The notes beneath the pieces are model-generated. The model saw only the letters and a program-made list of their open reading frames with translations. It was not told the origin of the DNA and ran no database searches. Position numbers and translations under genes: made by a program. Below, piece after piece: positions 1-8,322 of a stretch of 14,891 nt of DNA (positions are counted from its first letter, which is position 1; the number at the start of each line of letters is the position of its first letter). The stretch spans positions 1-14,891 of the forward strand of contig CAXIUT010000178.1 of assembly GCA_964035545.1 (NCBI GenBank), given 5' to 3'. This DNA comes from Bugula neritina. Its lineage: Eukaryota; Animalia; Bryozoa.

Positions 1-89
1 CCCAACCCCAACCCCAACCCCAACCCCAACCCCAACCCCAACCCCAACCCCAACCCCAACCCCAACCCCAACCCCAACCCCAACCCCAA
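1..89. repeat. Left telomere, (CCCCAA)n
   Basis: About 15 tandem C4A2 units at the extreme 5' end, in the expected C-rich orientation. C4A2 is the Tetrahymena-type ciliate telomere repeat. Confidence 0.98.
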
Positions 90-520
90 TATTATAAAAG
101 CAATAATTCATATAATAAAAATCAAGATAGCATTATTCTCAAATTGTTGCTAAAGCATAATAATAAAAGATTAGACAAAAAGTAAAGCAGTAGAATAATG
201 AGGTTCAAATATCTCGCGTTAAATTGTAGCCTTAGATGGTAGACAATGATCTTTATGTTGGGTAGCCTGCCCAAAGAGGTTGCATATACAAAACTGCATC
301 TACGCGTGGGTTTCATAATTTGCAGATATGTGAGAAAGTGGTGGTGTAGTCTTTGTTTTTTAGTTCAAATATGAATAGATCTGATGATAGATAGTTAAAT
401 CTAAAAAACAGTGTTTACAATATAGTAAAGAGGAAAAAGAAGAGAATAATATACGAATCTGATGACTAGAATATAAATGACAATGCTGTTGATTACATAA
501 AATTGAAAAAGGTGAAGTGA
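89..520 (+). CDS. Hypothetical protein, probably 5'-truncated by the telomere (or starting at ATG 236); basic NLS-like plus acidic C-terminus
   Basis: With TAR as sense the frame is open from the telomere junction to TGA 518-520: ILEKQEFIEEKSREHYSQIVAKAEEEKIRQKVKQENNEVQISRVKLEPEMVDNDLY...VKRKKKRIIYESDDENINDNAVDYIKLKKVK*. The first ATG is at 236. Confidence 0.6.
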
Positions 521-554
521 TATCTATTTTGTGATATTTATAATTTGATATAAA

Positions 555-875
555 TCATGCTGCATAATTTTTATTCCAAACGAAGGGGGCTTTGTTCAGG
601 TTGAAGGAGGTGTCTTAATCGTAGTAGTATGCGCTGGTGATGGCTGGTTCTGGGTAGGCTTTGTAGGCGATGAGGGAGTGTTTTTGGTAGGCCAGGCTTT
701 TTATAGCGGAGTTGACTGTGTTTACTGTCTTTATGTATTTGTGGAAACAAGTCTAAAAACAATCTTGCTTTATTGATTTGCATTGCTAGTAGCAATTACT
801 AGTCAATGTCTATATCTATATTATGTTTACCTTTTGGAGGTGGTCTGTGAATTGTATTTTCAGCTATTCGTTCAT
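555..875 (-). CDS. Small Tim (Tim8/9/10/13)-like twin CX3C protein with C-terminal extension, about 99 aa; probable intron 810-830
   Basis: ATG 875, TGA 557-555. MNEELKIQFTDHLQK^TLTSNCYEQCKSIKQDCFETCFHKYIKTVNTVNSAIKSLAYQKHSLIAYKAYPEPAITSAYYYDEDTSFNLNKAPFVWNKNYAA. Twin CX3C followed by C-F-x-K-Y, as in small Tims. Confidence 0.7.
810..830 (-). other. Probable 21-nt spliceosomal intron
   Basis: AAG|GTAAACATAATATAGATATAG|ACA. It is an AT-rich island in a C-rich CDS with a canonical AG|GTA donor and TAG acceptor. It is in frame (3n), so the ORF does not require it. Confidence 0.6.
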
Positions 876-925
876 AATTATAATTAATATCATAGATATT
901 GAATATCATAAATAATAGGACAGAA

Positions 926-1324
926 TCAATAATTATATTTTTAATAAGCATTTTAGTTGGGTTGTGTTTTGATTTTATGCCCTCCTTTATTGATATTATT
1001 TCTTTTGTTTCTTTTAATAGAAATGAACAAATTGATTCTTCTATTTTTCCTGAGAGTATCTCGATACAAAGGATGTACTATATTACTCTTTTATCTGTTG
1101 CTTTTGATGGGTGTTGACTGTAGGGTGGTTGGTCTTGAGGTGGGCAGTTTTAAGTTCTTTCTTAAGATATTATACTATTTTTATTGGTTGTGATGGTTTA
1201 CTAGCTATTTTATCTTAAGTGGGTTGTAGCGTTGGATGGGAAGAGAGGGAAAGTATTGTTTCGATTGTTGAAGAAGAGGTTATGGCAGTTTTTTAGGTTT
1301 TTACTATTGCTTATCTTCTTCCAT
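926..1324 (-). CDS. Hypothetical basic, low-complexity protein, about 132 aa (possible short upstream exon from ATG 1365 via a 20- or 23-nt intron, 1338-1357/1360)
   Basis: ATG 1324 to TGA 928-926: MEEDKQEEKPKKLPEPLLQQSKQYFPSLPIQRYNPLKIKELVNHHNQEKEYNILRKNLKLPTSRPTT...GGHKIKTQPNENAYEKYNY*. No domain recognised, and other frames are also largely open. Confidence 0.55.
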
Positions 1325-1443
1325 AGAATATTATATGCTATTAGATTAATATATAACTACTGCATAGAGAATATTAAGATAGATTGATATTTTATTTATC
1401 AGTTATTCTATGATAATAATATCTTTAAACCTTAATAAAATAG

Positions 1444-4400
1444 ATGGGCGTAGAGTAGTCAAAATACAAATGGTCATAGCATTACACTAATTTTTCATTA
1501 CCAACTGCTAACCCAAAACTAATCAAAAACAAAACCACCAACCAACGCTGCCAACTCCTCTCCCTACCCATACTGGCTTAAGACCAACTAAAATATCTAA
1601 ATCGAATGAAACTTAGAACGTAAAAACAATCCAAACATCTGACTCCTTTGGTCAAGTGGTACAAAAGTGCTGATGGTGGAGTATGCGGAGGGAAGTAGAA
1701 CTACTAGTTGATATTTGGGGAAGTTAGTCCCACTCTTGAAGATTCTTTTGGCTATCGAAGAGCAACTAATCAAAAATATTTTTAGGAAGATATTTTGTAT
1801 GTTATTCAGAATGTTGCTTTTGGGCTGAGAGATGTCAAGTAGTATAGTGAGGAGCATGGGAAAGTCAACATGCACAATATTAGCATTGCTGGTAACGTAT
1901 ACCTAAAAGACAACTTGATGCTGTAGGAGTAGGAGAAGTTGAATACTGAGCGTAGAAAATCTAAAAATGATAAGATATAGGGCTACCCATCTCCTCAGAA
2001 GTTGACCTCATACTACGACTCTGTGTCTAATTTCTAGTAGATGCGTAACGATCTCTTTTCTTTGGGCATAGTTGCTCTGCAAATGTATTATCCTCGGGAG
2101 TAGATCAGATAGATCTATGTGAATCCGGATCCGAGTTATAGGAATTATCATGTTGATACCAATAAGTTAAATGGATATATCAAGGGAATCAGAGATTAAC
2201 AGTTGAGGGAAGTTGTGAGAGTGTTGACTGATGGTGATTCTAGGAGACGGTTGGAAGTGTTTTAGCTGTTTCGGAGAGTGAGAATCTAGCCTAGTAGAAT
2301 TGGTTTGATGAAAGATGGGTCGATACTCAATGGGAATTAAAGTGTAGGCGGGAATCAAGTTGTACAGGGAAGGAATGTAGTACAATCGTCGCCTAATGTA
2401 GCTCATCAACAAACATTTTCATTTATGCCAGTTGACAATAACAGTCGTATACCAGGCTATATGCCTGTAGATCAAAGTTATTAACCGATGCCTGTAGATC
2501 CAAGTTATTAACCGATGCCTGTAGATCCAAGTTATTAGCCTGTAGATCTAAGATATGATCGCAGGCCACCTTAAATCAATAATCAACCTCACTTTATACC
2601 TCACTTTATACCTAATATTTAGCCAGTGAGACCACCCAAAATCAACATCTCAAGCCCACCACCTTACAGCCCACAACCGTATAAACCACTAATAATCACC
2701 AATAACATCGGAACAAACTAGATGGACAGGTTTATTCGTTCAACCACTCCTTCTCCTAGTCCCAACATATCATCATTTAACACACTAGCTATCAACAATA
2801 AAACAGGCATAGAGATGTCAAGTTCCTCATTTATACCTAAACCAGTTCTACCATCTAAATAGTAGCACAAGATCCCTTCTTATGCCAGTTACTAGAAATA
2901 AGACCTCAATGCAACTCAACACTATAAAACTGCTGATCGACCAGGAAGTATTCAAAATATCAACATGCCAGCATTTCACAAACAATAAACTAACAACCAT
3001 AACTCTTTGCTCTCTTTTAGTCCACCTACTGTACCCACTTATAACGCTACTTCATCCAATTACAATGAAAAATCTTCTTTGCCTACTTTTTAGTAGATCA
3101 TGGCCAAAGTCAAAGGAGTGAGACCTCCTGTTTCTCCTTCAGATCTATCGTATCAGTCTGGAATATCAAATGACGTAAAGGGATTACCAAAGGTACCAGT
3201 AGATAAGAAGTAGTCTTTGACTTCTGTTAAAATTGATACAAGTAATAATAGTTCTTTGAAAATTGATACCAGTAATACTTCTGTTTTCGAGAGGAAGAAT
3301 GTAGTTTAGGATAATTTTATATCTAGATCGATGAATGTGGCAGGGACAGAGTCGATTTATCATTAAGATTAGCCTAATAGAAATATTATCACTTAAGTTA
3401 GAAATGAGGAAGAGAAAGATGAGAGGAGAGGAATTGAGATGGAGAAGAAGATATCTGGAGGACTGGAGAGGAAAGTTTCTGGTGGGTTAGAGAGGAAAGT
3501 ATCTTCTGGAGGTTTGGAAAGGAAAATATCTTCTGGAGGATTATAGAAAAAGATATCTGGAGGACTCTAAAAGAAGATATCTAAAAAATAGTCAATAAGA
3601 TCAGAACAATCATAACAGAAATACGAATAAAAAGAATCAATACAATCTGAAGGTTCAAGATCGATGAAATCAGTCGAAAGACCACAATAGATATATTAGT
3701 AAATCCCTCAAGAAAGATAAGTCGATATGGTATCACTGTAATAAAGAGACCCAAGTCACGGCATCAATGCAGCATCGACTGTCAGCGCATTACAAGAGTA
3801 ATAATTCAATTAGGAGTTGGCTGATGTGGTTCCTTTATAGCAGATAAAGATTCCAATAGTATAGCGACCTCAATCTCCTCTTTTGAACTAGATCGATAAA
3901 GAAGCAGAGAGCAAGAACGATGATAGTTTGTTGGTGAGTAACCAAAGTATCAATAGTCTTCGATCTGATCCTAAAATACGAGTGGTTTAGCCTTTAGAGC
4001 CATCGTCTCCTTTGAAGAACAAGGCTGTGTATGTTGAGGAGTAGTATGATGTTGGGACTAAGTACTAGGGGTATATGCTGAATGGCAAGCGTCAGGGGAA
4101 GGGCAAATTTTACTACAAAGAAGGGAGTTACTATGATGGAGATTGGAGGAATAATCAGATGCATGGTCATGGCGTTTTGTACTACCCGAATGGAGCAGTG
4201 GCCTATGAAGGAGAATGGAAATAGGACTAATTCGATGGGAAGGGGATAGTTTATAATGATCAGCAGAGATAGATAAACGGCACTTTTGATTTTACTGATT
4301 TCAATCAGTTGGATGATTAGTGGGTGCGATATGAAGGGGATTTGAAGAATGATGCCAAAGAAGGTTATGGTGTTTTGGTGCTGACTAATGGGTAAATATA

Positions 4401-4509
4401 TTAAGGTTAGTTTTAGAATGATACTGTACATGGAAAAGGAACTTTTAAATCTGAAAAGAAAGAGAAGAAAGGAGTCTGGGAGCATGGGAAGTTGAAGAAG
4501 TTGATTTGA
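1444..4509 (+). CDS. 1021-aa protein: N-terminal pseudokinase, long Pro/Ser-rich linker, C-terminal MORN repeats
   Basis: Uninterrupted 3066-nt frame with TGA as the only stop. It starts MGVEESK. Kinase-fold motifs are ILYVIQNVAFGLRDVKEYSEEHGKVNMHNI, GYPSPQKL and NDLFSLGIVALQM. MORN repeats span about 4060-4500 (YEGYMLNGKRQGKG, YDGDWRNNQMHGHG, YEGEWKEDEFDGKG, YEGDLKNDAKEGYG, YEGEFENDTVHGKG). Confidence 0.9.
2461..2548 (+). repeat. 27-bp coding tandem repeat (about 3.3 copies) encoding MPVD(Q/P)SYEP
   Basis: ATGCCTGTAGATC(A/C)AAGTTATTA(A/G)CC(G/T) repeated. TAA and TAG alternate at the same position. Confidence 0.9.
3439..3582 (+). repeat. Degenerate 24-27-bp coding repeat, six copies of (L/M)E(R/K)K(I/V)S(S)GG
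   Basis: Units: MEKKISGG / LERKVSGG / LERKVSSGG / LERKISSGG / L[TAG]KKISGG / L[TAA]KKIS. Confidence 0.9.
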
Positions 4510-4614
4510 TAATCTTTATTCATTATAAATATTGAATTATATCTATTTTTTTAAAGATTATTTTTTTATTATATTTTTTATGATTTTAATATCTAAATTA
4601 ATATTACTAACAAA

Positions 4615-5244
4615 ATGATCGAAGTGCAATGGTAAATTTTATAAGAAGAAAGTAAAGTAATAAAAGTGATATTCGATATGACCAAAATATAATGTGTTTT
4701 TGTCCCTAAAAGTAGCTATAATAATAATTTTAACTCATCTTAAACCAGAACAGTCATTGACTCAATAGAATCACTTAGTATAATAAGTAGATAACATATC
4801 TAGATAAGAAGATATTTTGGATAAAATGAATAATAATAGAAATAGATAAGTAAATTATTACTATTTTATGATAAAAACATCAAAAAAAACCTCAGAATAC
4901 CAATTATTTAATATTTAAAAACATATCCTTTACCATAAAACATACTTAAAAACAAACTTAAATAGATGATAAAAGCAGTATAAACAATATAAGAGTTGTT
5001 AACTTCTATTAAATCAAAATATTTTTGCGGGTAGAAGTTGACAATAATAGATTTGTTATTTTATTTTGATATTTTGAATTTAGCCTATTTCGGTAAAAAT
5101 CATTCAAAATATCCTCATATTGCTGAGTGGTTTGGAAATGTATATTAAATCATATAAGTCAAAACTGCTACTCATCAGTGGTATTCTATGGCAAAACAAA
5201 TTAGTTTGAGTCTTAGAAAGAAAAAGAATAAACCTCATTTATGA
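4615..5244 (+). CDS. Divergent glutathione S-transferase-like protein, 209 aa
   Basis: ATG 4615 to TGA 5242-5244. GST C-terminal signatures: AVETIEELL, KYFCGEKLTIIDLLFY (N-cap/hydrophobic staple motif) and KYPHIAEWFGNVYEIIEVK. Confidence 0.8.
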
Positions 5245-5296
5245 TCTTTTGTAGAGTTAATATCTTTATTATCTCATAGATTTGACATATATTAAA

Positions 5297-7290
5297 TCAC
5301 TTATTATCATTTTGAAACAGTTTGTTATAGTCTAAAAATTGAAGAGACTAAGCTTCTCCTGCCATCAACCCAACCAAAACCTCAAGCAAATCATCAGAAT
5401 GCTATGCTCCGATACTTTTCAAAGTGCTAGCGAATCTCTGCTTTGAGATAAGACCTTTTGGCTAGATTCCTTTCAATATAGACTCCAAATTGGTTCCATA
5501 TCTTTACAAAAACACTTTGAATTCTTCTTGTAGATTTTAGTTGTTATTGATAAGAAGGTATTATCCAAGTAGAGTTTTGAAGATAGATTTAACAACCTTT
5601 CTGAAGTTTTAGTTATGCTAATCTACATAAACAAACTCTTTCTACGCGTCTTATGCTATATATCTGGCAAGTAAATGTGCATTTTATGTATTTAGGCTAA
5701 AAGGAGCAATCAACAAGAGCTAGTTGATTTCTTTCATTGATATATGCTATTTATTCCATTATATTTCAGCTTCACTTGCTTTAGAATCAGGTTTATAAGT
5801 AAGTAACTCGATTATTTATTCCATTGAAACATTTTGTGCCATCATTTTGTAGTGAAGAACTTCTGCAACTTACTTTATTTATGATAATTGGACTTTTCTC
5901 TTTTTAAGAGCACTTTAACAGAACCTTTTATCTGCAGTTTGTCTGACTCGTTTTCCTTATGCGACCCATCCTTCTGAGGGTCTAACACCATCGATAGGTA
6001 TACTCCCAGCAATACTACTTTATTTTGATTGATAATCTCGATTGATGCTTTATATGGGCATGATGGCATCGACAAAGTGTTTGATATTTTTTTATGTATT
6101 TTTATTTTTTTTAAGTAATTGACATTATTTGCTAATTTAAGTATTGGTTTGTCTAAGTTATTTGATCATTTCTTGATAGTAATTTTTTTATTTAATTAAA
6201 TTGTTAATAACAATATCTTTATCTGTCACTATTTTTATTTTTTATTATTTGAATCTGTTATTAATCGTTGATATTTCTTCTTTAAGAATAGATATCTAAT
6301 TTTATGACTACTATTTTATCAATTAGCATTCTTTTATAATAATTTGGTTTTACTATTATATTTTTTTTGATTGTTTTTCAACAGAGTATATCTTTTTTTA
6401 TTGCTATCTTATCTTATTCTATAAATCTTTACTATATTTATCCATAAATGTTATTTTCTTATTTCTGTCTTTTAAATTTTATGATGTCATCTGATACTTA
6501 GCCTTTATCTTCTTATATTTCTATCTCATCTTATCATTCTCATACTACTGCTGTCCCAACACCTGCATCCTCACCTGATTTTGGTACTAGTTGTCTTGAG
6601 ATAAAAATTGCATGCTTCCCTGTGCGATCCTTTCGAATCTGTCATGCATGTCTTTCAGTTAAGATTCTAGCACTTAGATGTATTTTATATATTATAGTTC
6701 TTTTGTTACTTTTAGGTTCTTTAGCAGTTAGTTATGTTCTTGCTTTAAGGTGTCGTAGGCTATATACAAGAAATTGTACCTTCTTTTAAGCGGTCGTACA
6801 TATTGCGCATTCCTTATACTTTGTGGGTGTTGATGATGCCAGCATTCCAGATTCTTTAATTTTAAAACTATACATTGAGCACTCTAGCAAATTTGTTATT
6901 TTTTTTACGCATTTACTCTGTCTTTCCTCGTTGATGACCAAGTTCTTGCACGAGATCATTTATTTTCAATTTTAAACTAACTATCTAATCAACCATTTCT
7001 TCCCGAGGCTTACCAATTTTACTATCAATCTTTCTGATCTTATCGTTTTATCCTTTTTTGTACTTCTACTGTTCATAGTTAGTTGACATTTGTCTAACAA
7101 CTAGTGTTTTGGCTGATGATGCTCTTGCATGTTGATTAAATGTTGGAGTGTATGTGCTTTGTATGAGATCTTTTCGGAGGTATTTAGGACTGGCGTGTCC
7201 TGAGAGTGGACGTTGTTTTTGTGCTGAGGCTGAGAATGGTCTTGAATTGGATGCTGTTCTTATCCTTTATGTTTTAAGTTATTTACTCAT
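5297..7290 (-). CDS. 657-aa coiled-coil protein with C-terminal degenerate EF-hand-like region; exons 7290-6780 and 6759-5297
   Basis: ATG 7290. The first frame stops at TGA about 6655 unless intron 6779-6760 is removed, which gives a continuous ORF to TGA 5299-5297 with a clean heptad join (MYDRLKE/AYDTLKQ/EHNELLK). The C-terminal ISMKEINELLLIAPFSLNTENAHLLARYIAED and SLQFLDYNKLF motifs resemble uncharacterised ciliate proteins (recollection, not searched). Confidence 0.8.
6760..6779 (-). other. 20-nt spliceosomal intron
   Basis: GAAG|GTACAATTTCTTGTATATAG|CC. Removal restores the reading frame and the coiled-coil register. Confidence 0.8.
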
Positions 7291-8322
7291 AGTAAAATAT
7301 AAATAAGATAGTGGTTTTATTTTATTTATGATTATTTAACAATTAAAATTTAATTATATCTGTTAGAAATATAATTGATCTTTCTAAATCATTACATCCT
7401 AAACATCATTCAACTATTAGTTGATTAAATTTACAGGCTGAGTAAATAGTTAGGAGAAAGTATTACAAGTTTCAAGGAGAAGATATAAGAGTTGTTTTGT
7501 TTTAGTTAACTAAAATGACATTACTTATCGAAAAGTTTAAAAACTAAAACAATATATTTCACTACGTTTTATTTTGAAGGATAACTGATTAAATAGTGGA
7601 AATTATAACTTGACATAAAAAGGATATAATATATAATCAACTAATCAAATAAGATAGGAACTTGGAAAGTTATCGAAGTTCATAAATGTAAAGTATCTTT
7701 TCTTGTGGGAGATATCACCGGACAATAGTTCAAATAGACACCTATAAAATGCAGTAAAGGAACAACCGGTTTTTAGTTTCAAATAATTAAAATCAGAAAA
7801 ATTTTGGAGATTTCTCAAAATAAGTATCTTTTGTGAAATACTAATGAACAAAAAATCAACAAAAAATAAAATAAAATCCCAAAAATTACCATCATATATG
7901 TTTAGAACGGATGCATTTTTATGATATTTCCAAAATTCAAACTATCAGAAAATACTGAATAAATTTATATTGTTCAAGCTTTATATCTGGCTAAATGTTG
8001 TTATCTAGCGAACTGTTTGATATTTATGTTATGTTATGATTCTAATATCGAAAATGAATCTAACATAACGTACATATCAAGCAGACCGTTCGATTATTAA
8101 CAGTAAAAGATAGTAACTATCAATCAAACGATTATAATTGATGTATTTAGAAAGATAGTAAGCTTACTCTTTAACAGATAATATATTGAGATAGCTTTTT
8201 GTGAGAATTATCAGCTTTAAGATCTGATTGACCTTCTTATTAAAATAAAAATGATATTTATGTTATTCTATAATCATATTTTGTTATTTATGTATAATTA
8301 TTGTGATGTTATTAATGTCAAA

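Noticed and set aside
6854-6873. Alternative 20-nt intron GTATAGTTTTAAAATTAAAG, or a frameshift near 6781
   Set aside because: These restore the same frame, but the 6760-6779 intron has a better GTAC…TAG consensus and gives a perfect heptad join.
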